A stretch of 63,936 nucleotides of DNA, filler included, from an uncultured Ignavibacteriales bacterium (GTDB taxonomy: Bacteria; Zixibacteria; MSB-5A5; GN15; JAAZOE01), in NCBI GenBank assembly GCA_964611355.1. It is 3 parts of 3 records of this genome, joined end to end, with 100 filler letters (N's around TTAATTAATTAA, not from the genome) between each part and the next. Parts side by side here need not be neighbours in the genome. Positions count along the whole stretch, not along the records: positions 1 to 30,763 come from CAZSYD010000028.1; 2 more parts are not named here. One strand, written 5' to 3'. The notes beneath the pieces are model-generated. The model worked only from the letters and a program-made list of their open reading frames with translations. It was not told the origin of the DNA and ran no database searches. Shown here piece by piece: positions 7,035 to 17,781 of the stretch. The translations under genes and the position numbers were made by a program. Position 1 is the first letter of the stretch, and every line of letters begins with the position of its first letter.

Positions 7035-9224
7035 CTACTGCGAAATGACCGTCAGTTTGGCGTATTTGGCGATGAGCTTCTTGGGGCCGTATGAAGCGAA
7101 ATCGACATCAAGGCGCATGTTTTCGCCGGAACCTTCAACCCTCAGTACCCGCCCCTGCCCGAATTTGGGATGAATGACGGTATTGCCGGGACGGATACCC
7201 TCACCCTCCTCGTATTCGTAATAAACGCCGTCGGGACGAGACGCCGCAGAAGGTTGGGATACCGGCGTGCGCGTCGGGCCGAATTCCCAGCGGTATGATC
7301 GACTGTCGGTCTTTTCGACCAGTTCCTCAGGAATCTCAGCCAGAAAACGCGAAGGGATTGATTCGAAGGTGCCGTAGCGGCGGCGTTGTCTGGCGGCGGT
7401 GAAGAACAACTCCTTGCGCGCCCGTGTGGCGCCGACATACAGAAGCCGCCGTTCCTCCTCGAGTTCAAACGGGTCATCAAACGATCGCGCAAGAGGAAAA
7501 AGACCGTCTTCCATGCCGGTGATAAAAACGACGTCAAATTCCAGTCCCTTGGCGTTGTGAAGCGTCATCAACGTCAGCTTATCGTCTGTTTCCCGATAGG
7601 TGTCTATATTAGTATAGAGAGTGATCTCCGCAAGAAAGTTATCCAGCGTCGGTTCGGGGTTGGTCTGATAAAACTCAGTCGCCGCCGAGATAAATTCCTC
7701 GATATTCTCCAGCCGTGCGTCGCCTGTGAGCGGGTCTTCCTCCGCCAGGGCGTCGGCCAGCCCGGTATCAGCGATGATCGCCTGTATGAATTGATCGACA
7801 GGCAAGCGTTCCGATTTTTCTCCGAGGGATTCGATCAGTTCGGCGAATTTCCCGAACCCCTTCCGGGCGCGGGCGCCTACTGTCTCGATTACGTCGGCTT
7901 CCATGGCCGCTTCCAAAAGAGATTTGCCGGCTTTTCGGGCGTAGTCGGTCAGCTTGGCCAGCGAAGTCTCGCCCAAGGCCCGTTTGGGGGAATTGACTAT
8001 ACGTACGAACGAAGCTTCATCTTTGCGGTTGGATACCAGTTTCATATAAGCGACCAGGTCCTTGATTTCCCTGCGCTGATAAAACGAAATACCGCCGATT
8101 ATCTGATACGGGATGTTCTCACGGCGAAGCGTTTCCTCGAATGAACGCGACTGTGCATTGGTGCGATAGAGCACCACCATTTCCCGTAAAGGGTGATCGC
8201 CTTTTCTTTCAAGCGCCCGGTTAATTACATATTCGGCTTCGTCGCTCTGGGTTTCGTGAAGGGCAACGGCTATCTTTTTATCGCCCTTAATTTCGGTCCA
8301 GAGCGTTTTATCTTTGCGGGAGGTGTTGTTTTTAATTACCGCCGACGCCGCCGAAAGAATAATCTGTGTGGAACGGTAATTCTGTTCGAGCTTGACGACT
8401 TCGGCGCCGGGGAAATCGGATTCAAAATTGAGGATATTGGAAATATCGGCGCCACGCCAGCCATAAATCGATTGATCCTCGTCGCCGACGACACAGATAT
8501 TTTTTTCCGGCCCGGTCAGATGCTTGAGCAAAACATACTGGGCGTGATTGGTATCCTGGTATTCATCGACCATGACATATCGAAAACGTTCCTGCCACCT
8601 CCGGCGAACTTCTTTGTTTTCAGCCAGCAGTTTAACCGCCATGCCGAGCAGATCATCAAAATCGAAGGCCGCCGAGGTGCGCAGTTTTTCCTCGTAAAGG
8701 GAAAACACTCGGGCCACTTTTCCGTCGTAGTATCCTTCCGCTTCGGCGGCGAACTGTTCGGCGTCATAGAGCTTATTTTTTGCCGATGATATCCGGCGCA
8801 GGACAGCCGCCGGCATAAATTGCGAACCGGATATAATACCCAGTTCTTTCATACTGCGGTTGACAAGCGATTTGCTGTCGTCCTCGTCGAGAATTGTGAA
8901 ATTGCTCGGATAACCGAGATGCTTCGCCTCCATACGCAAGAAACTGGCGCAGAAGGAATGAAACGTCGAAATCCACATGCGGCTTATGTCAAAGCCCAGC
9001 AGCGCGGCGATTCTATCTCTCATTTCGCCGGCGGCCTTGTTGGTAAAGGTTACCGCCAGGATTTCCCACGGTTTGGCTTTTCGTTCGGTTATGATATGGG
9101 CGAGGCGATGGGTGAGCACTCGGGTTTTTCCCGAACCGGCTCCGGCCACCACCAGAAGCGGCCCTTCGGTTCTGGTCACGGCCGCCCGTTGCCTGTCGTT
9201 CAGCGCATCCAGCAGTCTGCTCAT
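7035..9224 (-). CDS. pcrA: ATP-dependent DNA helicase PcrA/UvrD
   Basis: AGAGSGKTRVL, TFTNKAA, VDEYQDTN, VGDEDQSIYGWRGA, LEQNYRS, TLHNAKGLEF, EERRLLYVGATRA, C-terminal Tudor-like HPKFGQG. Confidence 0.95.
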   Translation of the reverse strand: MSRLLDALNDRQRAAVTRTEGPLLVVAGAGSGKTRVLTHRLAHIITERKAKPWEILAVTFTNKAAGEMRDRIAALLGFDISRMWISTFHSFCASFLRMEAKHLGYPSNFTILDEDDSKSLVNRSMKELGIISGSQFMPAAVLRRISSAKNKLYDAEQFAAEAEGYYDGKVARVFSLYEEKLRTSAAFDFDDLLGMAVKLLAENKEVRRRWQERFRYVMVDEYQDTNHAQYVLLKHLTGPEKNICVVGDEDQSIYGWRGADISNILNFESDFPGAEVVKLEQNYRSTQIILSAASAVIKNNTSRKDKTLWTEIKGDKKIAVALHETQSDEAEYVINRALERKGDHPLREMVVLYRTNAQSRSFEETLRRENIPYQIIGGISFYQRREIKDLVAYMKLVSNRKDEASFVRIVNSPKRALGETSLAKLTDYARKAGKSLLEAAMEADVIETVGARARKGFGKFAELIESLGEKSERLPVDQFIQAIIADTGLADALAEEDPLTGDARLENIEEFISAATEFYQTNPEPTLDNFLAEITLYTNIDTYRETDDKLTLMTLHNAKGLEFDVVFITGMEDGLFPLARSFDDPFELEEERRLLYVGATRARKELFFTAARQRRRYGTFESIPSRFLAEIPEELVEKTDSRSYRWEFGPTRTPVSQPSAASRPDGVYYEYEEGEGIRPGNTVIHPKFGQGRVLRVEGSGENMRLDVDFASYGPKKLIAKYAKLTVISQ

Positions 9225-9324
9225 AGTCAGGCAATATATATCCGAACCGGGCAAAGGGCAATAACCGACGCGGAATCTTAAGAATTACTGACGTACCCGG
9301 TCTTCAGGGTACGGTGTCCGCTTA

Positions 9325-11883
9325 TCACTCCAGCCAGGAAAAAAGGCGGGGATGGTGCTTGATAATATGCTGGTTATTGTTCGGCAGAACGCGAGCGGTG
9401 ATTCCCAGGCGGCCCGAACGGGTACAGACCATATCGACATGATAGATATGTTGGCCGTCTTCACGCGACTGATCCAGCGTGGCGACGAAAATTTCGCTGT
9501 CAACGATCTGATCCTGAGCGTCCAGATGGCCGCGCATGACCTCGACTTTAACGTCGTCCGGCGAAAGGTCACCAAGAAAAACCTTCACCTTAACCGGCAT
9601 AGTCTGACCGACCTTGGCAGAGCCGTCGGTACCCGGCAATTCGATCGATGAAACCGAAACCTTGCTCCAATCTTTGAGAATCCGTTTGTTCCACGAGGCG
9701 ATGCCCCGGGTCAGGCCGTAGTCGTTCTCGATCATGCTGTCGTGCGCCTGGATAGCCGGAATATAAAATCGTTCGGCATAATCGCGCAGCATCCGGTGCG
9801 ATGAAAAGTGTTTTCCGGCCATGATGATGGAGTTTTTCATCATCCTGATCCAGTTCTGTGGATAATCATCGCGGTTCCGGTCATAGAACATCGGGACAAT
9901 GTCCCGTTCGAGAGCATCATACAGCGCCTGCGATTCGATATAATCCTGCTCCTCGGAGGTGGCATACTGAGTATCGGTGCCGATGGCCCAGCCGACGTCG
10001 GGAGAGTATCCTTCTTCCCACCAGCCGTCGAGACTGGAGAGGTTCAGGGCGCCGTTGAGGGCCGCTTTCATGCCCGAAGTGCCGGAGGCTTCTTCGGGAC
10101 GGCGGGGATTGTTGAGCCAGACATCGATGCCGGCCACCAGCCAACTGGCCAGATCGAGATCATAGTTTTCCAAAAAGACTATCTTGTTGCGAAACTCATC
10201 CCGCTGGGCAAGATGGACAATCGACTTGATGATCTCCTTGCCGTTATTATCCCGGGGGTGCGCCTTGCCGGCGAAGATAAACTGAATTGGCCGCTTGTCG
10301 TCAGAAGTCAGCTTGGCGAGCCGTTCTATGTCGGAAAAAAGCAGGTAGCCGCGCTTGTAGGCGGCGAAACGCCGCGCGAATCCGACTGTCAGGGCGCGGG
10401 GATCGAGTATCTCCTTCGTCCGTTTGATTTCATGTTGCGATTTTCCCTTAACTTCAACCTGGCGGCAAAGCTGTTCGCGCGTCAGAAAGATCAACTGCTG
10501 CTTGTTGTGCTGATGGTACCGCCACAATTCGCTGTCGGGAATCCGGTTGATGTTGTCCCAGCAGGTAGGATCCTCAGGCTGTTCGATATACCGGGGCCCG
10601 AGATAAGTCTCGTACAGTTCGCCGAGGTTGGGCGCCACCCAGCTGTAAGTATGGACGCCGTTGGTAATCGACGTTATCGGAACCTCTTCGACCGGAAAGC
10701 CGGGAAAGATATGCCGCCACATTGATCGCGAGATTTGGCCGTGCAGATTGGAGACGCCGTTGGCATAGGCTGACAACCTGAGCGCTCCGACAGTCATCGA
10801 GAACGGTTCCTGTTCATTCCCCTCGATTACCCGACCGACTTTCATCATCTCTTTGAACGTCAGGCCAAGTTTGGACGCCATCGGCGCGAGGTATTTCTCC
10901 ATGAGCTTAACATCGAACTGCTCGTGACCGGCCGGCACGGGAGTATGAGTAGTGAAGATATTGGTCGACCAGACTACTTCAACCGCTTCGTCGTACGATA
11001 AGTGCTCCTTCTCCATCAAATGGCGTATTCGTTCCAGACAGAGAAACATCGAATGCCCCTCGTTCAGATGAAAGGCGCCGGGTTTCTGACCGAGCGCTTC
11101 CAGCGCCCGCACGCCGCCGATTCCAAGAAGAATCTCCTGGCGGATGCGGATGTCCTTATCGCCGCTGTAAAGCTGATAAGTAATCTCCCGGTGCATTGAG
11201 GGGTTTTCCGGGATGTTGGCATCAAGCAGATACAAAGGCACTCGGCCGACCTGTACCCGCCAGATCTGAGCCTTGACCGACGATTTACCGATCTCAACCG
11301 TGATCCGGATCGGTTTCCCTTCGGCGTCCTTTTCCATCGTGACCGGCATATTATACCAGTCGTTTTCTTTGTAGCTTTCCATCTGCCAGCCATCGGTGTT
11401 GAGAGTCTGCGTAAAATAGCCACACCGGTACAGAAGCCCGACCGCTACAATCGGAATCCCCAAATCGGAAGCCGACTTCAGATGATCGCCCGAGAGTACG
11501 CCCAGGCCGCCGGAATAAATAGGCAGCGACACGTCAAGGCCGAATTCACAGGAAAAGTAGGCGATGGTCGCGTCCTTGCAGACCGGGTAACGAGTCTCAA
11601 ACCATTTCTTCTGGGCCATGTACCTGTTGAAGGCTTCATAGACGCGGTTCAGGTGGGCCACGAACGATTCGCTTTCGGCGGCCGCACGAAGTTTTTCCTG
11701 CGAAACCTGGGCCAGCATCTGCACCGGGTTCTTGTTGCAGCATTCCCAGCAGTCCTGGTCGAGCCGCCTGAAAAGTTGCTGCAAATCGGGCGACCAGGAG
11801 TACCACATGTTGTTGGCCAGCTCCTGCAAACGAGCGATTTTATCGGGCAGTGAAGGCAGAATTAAAATCGGTAATATTTTCAT
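9325..11883 (-). CDS. glgP: Alpha-glucan (glycogen/maltodextrin) phosphorylase
   Basis: YSGGLGVLSGDHLKSASDLG, HLNEGH, ARRFAAYKR, EASGTSGMKAALNG. Confidence 0.95.
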   Translation of the reverse strand: MKILPILILPSLPDKIARLQELANNMWYSWSPDLQQLFRRLDQDCWECCNKNPVQMLAQVSQEKLRAAAESESFVAHLNRVYEAFNRYMAQKKWFETRYPVCKDATIAYFSCEFGLDVSLPIYSGGLGVLSGDHLKSASDLGIPIVAVGLLYRCGYFTQTLNTDGWQMESYKENDWYNMPVTMEKDAEGKPIRITVEIGKSSVKAQIWRVQVGRVPLYLLDANIPENPSMHREITYQLYSGDKDIRIRQEILLGIGGVRALEALGQKPGAFHLNEGHSMFLCLERIRHLMEKEHLSYDEAVEVVWSTNIFTTHTPVPAGHEQFDVKLMEKYLAPMASKLGLTFKEMMKVGRVIEGNEQEPFSMTVGALRLSAYANGVSNLHGQISRSMWRHIFPGFPVEEVPITSITNGVHTYSWVAPNLGELYETYLGPRYIEQPEDPTCWDNINRIPDSELWRYHQHNKQQLIFLTREQLCRQVEVKGKSQHEIKRTKEILDPRALTVGFARRFAAYKRGYLLFSDIERLAKLTSDDKRPIQFIFAGKAHPRDNNGKEIIKSIVHLAQRDEFRNKIVFLENYDLDLASWLVAGIDVWLNNPRRPEEASGTSGMKAALNGALNLSSLDGWWEEGYSPDVGWAIGTDTQYATSEEQDYIESQALYDALERDIVPMFYDRNRDDYPQNWIRMMKNSIIMAGKHFSSHRMLRDYAERFYIPAIQAHDSMIENDYGLTRGIASWNKRILKDWSKVSVSSIELPGTDGSAKVGQTMPVKVKVFLGDLSPDDVKVEVMRGHLDAQDQIVDSEIFVATLDQSREDGQHIYHVDMVCTRSGRLGITARVLPNNNQHIIKHHPRLFSWLE

Positions 11884-11971
11884 TATACTGTTCCTATCTG
11901 GAAGATTAACGCCGAGCGTCCGATGGTTCCCCTGTTATAAAAATCGGTAATAGCAACTTATCCTTGTTACA

Positions 11972-12095
11972 CGGCTCGGAGTTCCTGTCGAGGCATATCC
12001 CTCCGCGGGACAGGTATCTTCATCCTATTATTATCGACGCCCGGTCGGATAATCCTTATCCGGCCCACTGCATAAACAGTCGCGACGCCGAGCCG
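11972..12095 (-). other. Multi-hairpin structured element in the glgP upstream region
   Basis: Closing stem CGGCTCGG/CCGAGCCG encloses CCTGTC/GACAGG, CGGATAA/TTATCCG and ACTG/CAGT hairpins. Confidence 0.4.
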
Positions 12096-12279
12096 GAGAA
12101 TCGGCCTGGACGGCTTTCCCTTCGCGCCGACCATGAAGGTAATACATCAATAGACGGAAAAACAAGGGAGAAATTAAGGGCTAACCAAAAAGTGTTGAAC
12201 GAGGGTTGAGTTGAAAGTCATTTGCCTTTGACCGGTGTTTATAAATCCTGCAATGAGATTCGACCTGAATTTGCAGGCC

Positions 12280-14217
12280 TTACGGCTTTTTTATAAAAGC
12301 TACCCGGCATTCCGCCGCTTCGGCAAACCGATCAATATGTTCCTCGTAATCGGCGAAATCTTCAGGATTGACCATGTAATCATAAGATTTTCGCACCCGA
12401 GAGATTACCAGGCTGTCACCAAGCAGCTTGTAGCGGATATGCAAACTGCCGAACTGATCGGCAATAGTCGTGTCGAGCGACGATTCCAATGGCCGCCAAT
12501 TTTCGGGTATGGTAATGAACAGAGAATCAATACGGGTCTGTGGATATTCCAGATCCAATACCTGTGTTCGATCGGAGAGAGCGATTGATTCCCGTTTTCT
12601 GAACGGAGAAATGAAATTAAGGTCCAAATACAGCTTTTCACCGATTGAATGCAGCGAGTTTCTTACCTTCCCCAGAACGCTGATTTTGATATCCGATGAA
12701 TCAACATCGCTGACCAGGAGGTTTATCTTATCGGTACTGAATTTGCCCGACAGGCCGAACATCTCTTTCTTCAAAAGCCAGTCCAATTCCCTTTTTCCGG
12801 CCGTGTTTAGGAACCAAATCAACCAGTGGTACGGGTTTCCGGCAGTCCTGAATTCAAGTCTGACCGAGATTGATTTATCCTCATTGATTTTAACGGATGC
12901 TTTCCTTGCTATGATATTATCGTCGGCCGATGAAGCGGGAGTACGTATGATCTGCCCGCCGGCGGAGTCAATCGCCAATACGAATACATCTTCGTCGGGC
13001 GAGGGTAAATCACCCACCCTACACTGCCGGCAGGTAGGATCGATCCACAGCGTATCGCCGTCGGCAACGGAAAAGAGAATCACATGATTGAATCGACTCA
13101 GGGTGGGAAACCCGGGATCAGTGGTTTCATGACCTTTTGTCCGAATAAGGACCGGCTTGGCGTCAATCCCGACGTGACGCAGCATGGAGACGTACATGAC
13201 CGACAGGTCCTTGCAATCGCCATAACCGCGTTCAAACGTTTCCCTGGAAGAGCTGGGCTGCCAACTGCCAACGCCGATTTCTATGGCCACGTAGCGGGTG
13301 TTCGCCGACAGCGATTCATGCAATCTCTCGCATATCTCCCTTTGAGTGCCCGCGCCGTCCAGAATCTTTTCCATATACGCTTTCTGTTCATTGTTCAACA
13401 CAAAACTTTTTTTCATCATTTCGTGGCAGTCTTTGCCCAGGCCATGCCAGCTTCGCCCGTCAAACAGATATTTCTCAAGCTTGTATTTTACCGGCGAAAA
13501 TCTCAGGGAAATCATCTCTTCTCCGATAGAAAAGGCGAAGTTTTCCGGCTCACAGGCCGGTATTTCAGTCAACTCATAGGAATAAGTCGTTTTTCCCTTG
13601 TGTTCCGAGACGGAAGCGGGCGGGATGGAACCGATTTCTTTGGTATTGAACTCCAGGCCGTTGGGAACGATGAGATTGTATTTCGACAGGCGAACCGGTA
13701 TCTCTTTCTGCGGTTTCCAGTCAGGCCAGAAGAAAATAGAATTATGCGCGACCTTGTACTCATATTCAACGATAAACGGGTAACTGCTGGTAGACATTTC
13801 AAATAATCGATAACAAACGTCGGCATAGAGAGCGTATCCCGAATATCCGCACACGCGCTCTACATCATTTTTTTCAAGCGTGTAAATCAGTTGCTGATCG
13901 GAGCCGTAAACCTTGCCCGTAAAGCTCTTAAACTTTCTGAACTTTGATTCCGATATAATTACATTGCAATATTTCTTTCCTTCGGAATTCAATACCCTGA
14001 TTTTGCGGCTCACTATCAGTTCGGCTTTGCCGCCGCCTGACACCTTGTAGGTTATATCTTCTTCAAGAACTTCCGCATTATAATCCTTTTCAGCGTCGTT
14101 GGAGCAAAGGCCGACGCCGTTCGGCCATATCGGCAGGGTCATGCCGATAAGGATAAGAACCCATAACACCAGACGCTTATGGACTACTCGATGGGGGTTG
14201 CGCACATTACCGAACAT
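12280..14217 (-). CDS. DUF3857 / transglutaminase-like secreted protein with intact Cys-His-Asp triad
   Basis: Signal-like N-terminus, RYVAIEIGVGSWQP, GYGDCKDLS, FNHVI, WIDPT. Confidence 0.85.
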   Translation of the reverse strand: MFGNVRNPHRVVHKRLVLWVLILIGMTLPIWPNGVGLCSNDAEKDYNAEVLEEDITYKVSGGGKAELIVSRKIRVLNSEGKKYCNVIISESKFRKFKSFTGKVYGSDQQLIYTLEKNDVERVCGYSGYALYADVCYRLFEMSTSSYPFIVEYEYKVAHNSIFFWPDWKPQKEIPVRLSKYNLIVPNGLEFNTKEIGSIPPASVSEHKGKTTYSYELTEIPACEPENFAFSIGEEMISLRFSPVKYKLEKYLFDGRSWHGLGKDCHEMMKKSFVLNNEQKAYMEKILDGAGTQREICERLHESLSANTRYVAIEIGVGSWQPSSSRETFERGYGDCKDLSVMYVSMLRHVGIDAKPVLIRTKGHETTDPGFPTLSRFNHVILFSVADGDTLWIDPTCRQCRVGDLPSPDEDVFVLAIDSAGGQIIRTPASSADDNIIARKASVKINEDKSISVRLEFRTAGNPYHWLIWFLNTAGKRELDWLLKKEMFGLSGKFSTDKINLLVSDVDSSDIKISVLGKVRNSLHSIGEKLYLDLNFISPFRKRESIALSDRTQVLDLEYPQTRIDSLFITIPENWRPLESSLDTTIADQFGSLHIRYKLLGDSLVISRVRKSYDYMVNPEDFADYEEHIDRFAEAAECRVAFIKKP

Positions 14218-14229
14218 ATTTCCAAGCCT

Positions 14230-16152
14230 CTACTCCTGTCCGGCCCCGGCGGCTACTTGATCCATACATGACGCCTCCACGATCTCATACATTTCTTTCA
14301 GGCCGGCGTATTCACCGGTAGAAAACACCGGCTTATCTATCGCAAAATCGGCCTTCACGCTAACAACATTCTCAATCCCCAGAGTTGTCCTGGAGAACCG
14401 CCCGCCGGGTATTGTATGTTGGAGATCCGACGGCACATCGGCGATTTTCATGTTCTCCGGAAGGCAAACACTGATGCGCTGACGGTTGACGAACGGGTAC
14501 CTGAAATCGACGGGAGTAACTCTTATGTTGCTGGTGAATCGGTTGGTTACAATAGGGATAACAACAGGCGAAAAGAACATATTCTCGCCGGAGACGGTCG
14601 CAAATTCCGGCAGTTCAACGACAAGATCAAACCACAATTTATCCCCGTCGGAGTCGAAGTACGAAGCAGCCTCGAGAACATCATACTGCGTTTCCGTTTT
14701 ATCCAGAAACTCCTCGGCGATTTCATCCTGCGAGAGCGAAGCTTTCATGAACTTGTCGCGGGTTTCTATCTTATATCCCTTTATATATATGTTCGTGGAA
14801 CAGATTGCCGAACCGTCCTCGCGGACCGAAATATTGGATATGATATCCGTCCCGCTTTTTCGTTCCCGATAATTTAACGATATCGTCCGGGAACTATCCC
14901 CGTCTATAAGCAGTCCGCCTTCGACCAGATCATAAGAAGGTAAAAAAGGGTAGATAACCCATTCTTCATCCGTATCCAGCGCCAGGGTATCTTCGTCATT
15001 CTCGATACAGCAAATAACACGATTGAGCTGATTTAATTGAGGCGAATGCGGGTTAAAGGCGCCATGACGATCTCTTGTGCCGATATAGAGCGGATAGGCC
15101 TTTATTTCAAGAGCGCGAAGCAACTCCACAAGCAGGAGATTCTTTTCGGTGACGCTTCCGTATTTCCGTCCCAGGGTCTTTCCGAGATTTCCTTCTTCGT
15201 CAATGTCTTTTCTGGTATCGATTTCATCTCGCACGAATTTGAACAGTCTTTTAATTTTTCCTTCTTCATCGGGAGCATCGGCGCAAATCGAATCGGCCAG
15301 TCTTTTAATCTGATCCTCGTTGGTAACAAATTCCGTAAATATTTCATCAAAAAACTTACCGTGTTCATCCCAACTTTTGCCAAATGAAAAGTTGCTGTAC
15401 GTAGTGCGATAGGAAATAAGTTGAAAATACAATGATGCCAGATTGTCGTTCCTGGCGCCCATTAACGGTTCATCCTTTGCAGGCATGATGTTTTCCACTT
15501 CCCACGTATACTTGGTAGCTGAAACCTTCAAAAAACGGCATTCCTCCTCCGTATAATTTTTGTATTGCGCCGGAATGTTTTTTCTCGCGGCGTTATAAGT
15601 AAAACCCGGATAGAGCGCGACTGAGAACCGGGACCTGAGCGTAAATATATCCCCCTGGAAGTACCAGGGGTCAAGGAAGCTGAAACGCTGGTGGGTATGG
15701 CGATACTTATATTCAAGTATAGCTCCGTCCTCCACCGCCGGGAAGGCGAAAGTAAGGGTCATATATTCCCCCGCCTTCTTCCTGAAGAAATCCTTCACTT
15801 TCTTCTTTTTTCCGTCAGGATAGATGGTGTATGCTTTAAGGCCCTTTATGTTATCGCCTTTATGATAAGGGATTTCGACTTTGGCGGCCTCTTTGGCGGC
15901 CTCGTTGTTGAATACTTTTATTCTGATATGTCTTTCCAGCTTGATCCTGGCCGGATATATCGAAATTTCCATATCTCCGTTGTCGAAAATAACGACGGCC
16001 TCCGCCTCCGGGTATTGCGGCGGCGGAGCCATATTCCATTCCTCTTCGGTTACCTCGCCGAACTTCTGAGCCGTCGCAAGGCTGTTTATAATGATTATCA
16101 GGAAGACGGCGACTGAAAACGTTTTTGAAATCTTCGGGAGATTATACTGCAT
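14230..16152 (-). CDS. DUF3857 / transglutaminase-like secreted protein, catalytic residues degenerate
   Basis: Signal peptide, KFGEVTEEEW, PEAEAVVIFD, FPAVEDGAILEYKY, PWYFQ; KYGSVTEKN in place of GxCxD. Confidence 0.8.
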   Translation of the reverse strand: MQYNLPKISKTFSVAVFLIIIINSLATAQKFGEVTEEEWNMAPPPQYPEAEAVVIFDNGDMEISIYPARIKLERHIRIKVFNNEAAKEAAKVEIPYHKGDNIKGLKAYTIYPDGKKKKVKDFFRKKAGEYMTLTFAFPAVEDGAILEYKYRHTHQRFSFLDPWYFQGDIFTLRSRFSVALYPGFTYNAARKNIPAQYKNYTEEECRFLKVSATKYTWEVENIMPAKDEPLMGARNDNLASLYFQLISYRTTYSNFSFGKSWDEHGKFFDEIFTEFVTNEDQIKRLADSICADAPDEEGKIKRLFKFVRDEIDTRKDIDEEGNLGKTLGRKYGSVTEKNLLLVELLRALEIKAYPLYIGTRDRHGAFNPHSPQLNQLNRVICCIENDEDTLALDTDEEWVIYPFLPSYDLVEGGLLIDGDSSRTISLNYRERKSGTDIISNISVREDGSAICSTNIYIKGYKIETRDKFMKASLSQDEIAEEFLDKTETQYDVLEAASYFDSDGDKLWFDLVVELPEFATVSGENMFFSPVVIPIVTNRFTSNIRVTPVDFRYPFVNRQRISVCLPENMKIADVPSDLQHTIPGGRFSRTTLGIENVVSVKADFAIDKPVFSTGEYAGLKEMYEIVEASCMDQVAAGAGQE

Positions 16153-16398
16153 TGCCCCTCTCTTTCCATGGCCGGTCAAGACCTTGTTCGATCCTATTAA
16201 CCCCGCTTATTACGATTCATATTATTACAGGCGCCCGATTTCGCAGGATGCGCTCGCGTTGTCATTGATTACCCTGCCTTATTTGGATATTATAATCAAG
16301 CCGCCGCATATGTCAAGCTCCTCTCAAGAAAATCATGTCCAAAGAAATCCGTTGCGTCAATGTAATCATTGGTGTAGTTTACCGCCGTATAACAGGTC

Positions 16399-16481
16399 GC
16401 GAAAGTGGCGGAACTGGCAGACGCGCTGGATTTAGGATCCAGTCCTTAAATAGGGTGGGGGTTCGAATCCCCCCTTTCGCA
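16399..16481 (+). tRNA. tRNA-Leu(TAG)
   Basis: Acceptor GCGAAAG/CTTTCGC, anticodon arm CTGGA-TTTAGGA-TCCAG, long variable arm, GTTCGAATC; typical position upstream of tig. Confidence 0.95.
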
Positions 16482-16500
16482 TTGGTTACCGACGGAGGTA

Positions 16501-17769
16501 TTGTTGGATATCGAAGTTGTCGAAAAGGACGGCCTTAAGCGCGAGTTGAACATCGAGGTTCCGTCCGACATAGTTGACCGGACTTTTACCCGGATTTATG
16601 AAACGTATCGAAAGAAGGCCAGTATTAAGGGATTCCGTCCCGGTAAAGCGCCGATGAGTATTATTCGGAGCAAGTTCAAAAAAGAAATTACGGCTGAGCT
16701 GATAGACGAACTGGTCGAGAAGTACTACAATGAAGCGGTAAGTGAAAAAAAGTTGGAAGTGGTCGGGCACCCGGTTCTGGCCGGCGTTGACGTCGATGAA
16801 GGTAAGCCGTTCAAATTCACCATCGGCGTTGAGATCATGCCGCAGATAGATTCCGTGAACTATGAGAACCTGACGATCGACAAGTCGGAAGCGGATATTC
16901 CTGATGAAGATGTGGACGGAGTTCTTGAAAAGCTCCGGCAGGCCGCCGCTGAGTTGCGCACGGTTGATCGGGTTGCGCGCGAAAGCGATGTTCTGATCTG
17001 TGACGTCGAAGTAAAAGGCAACGATACCGAACTTTCTAAAAATAGCATATATAAAAACCAGGAAGTCGATCTGGCCGGCGATTCCACCGATCCGGAATTT
17101 CGCGAAGGCCTGGCGGGCGCCGCGCGTGATGAAACGCGTCAAATAGGGGTTGCTTATCCCGAAAATTATCAAAACCCACAGTTCGCCGGCAAAACGGTCA
17201 ATTTCCAGGTAACGGTCAGAGAAATCAAGGAGAAGGTGCCGCCCGTGCTGAATGATGACTTTGCCCTGCAAACCGGTCAGGCGGAAACGCTTTTAGAGCT
17301 CAGGCTGAATATTCGAAAACAACTCAAGACGGCGGAAAAAGCCGATCTCGCCAAAGCTAACAGGAAGGCGCTCATCGGCCAGGTGGCGGATCAAAATGCG
17401 ATTGACGTTCCCGAATCGATGCTGGAATCCTATATTGACGGCGTCGTCGAGGATTACAAACAGAACACCGCCAAGTTCGACGAAAAAGAGATTCGCAACA
17501 GGTATCGCCCGATCGGTATTAGGGCCGTCAGGTGGTATTTGCTCTTCCATCGCCTGGCGGAACAGGAAAAAATTGAAGTTTCAACCGAGGATACCGAAAA
17601 CTGGATAAAACGGTTTGCAGAAGATTATCGCATTGATGTACCGAAGGCCAAAGAGGCTCTGGCCAAAAGCCGCAAGTCGGGAGAAATCAAGGATGGTATC
17701 CTGGAAGAAAAAGTCCTCGATTTCCTGATGTCGAAGGCGGAAGGCCATAATGGAGTAATCGCCAACTAA
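16501..17769 (+). CDS. tig: Trigger factor
   Basis: IKGFRPGKAP ribosome-binding motif; tig-clpP-clpX synteny; GGAGG RBS. Confidence 0.95.
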   Translation: MLDIEVVEKDGLKRELNIEVPSDIVDRTFTRIYETYRKKASIKGFRPGKAPMSIIRSKFKKEITAELIDELVEKYYNEAVSEKKLEVVGHPVLAGVDVDEGKPFKFTIGVEIMPQIDSVNYENLTIDKSEADIPDEDVDGVLEKLRQAAAELRTVDRVARESDVLICDVEVKGNDTELSKNSIYKNQEVDLAGDSTDPEFREGLAGAARDETRQIGVAYPENYQNPQFAGKTVNFQVTVREIKEKVPPVLNDDFALQTGQAETLLELRLNIRKQLKTAEKADLAKANRKALIGQVADQNAIDVPESMLESYIDGVVEDYKQNTAKFDEKEIRNRYRPIGIRAVRWYLLFHRLAEQEKIEVSTEDTENWIKRFAEDYRIDVPKAKEALAKSRKSGEIKDGILEEKVLDFLMSKAEGHNGVIAN

Positions 17770-17781
17770 GGAAGGCTTAAT

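Noticed and set aside
7386..10725. Long antisense ORFs (for example 7386-8144, 9808-10725; similarly 16486-17271, 39984-40928)
   Set aside because: Shadow frames of well-supported genes on the opposite strand, with no protein motifs
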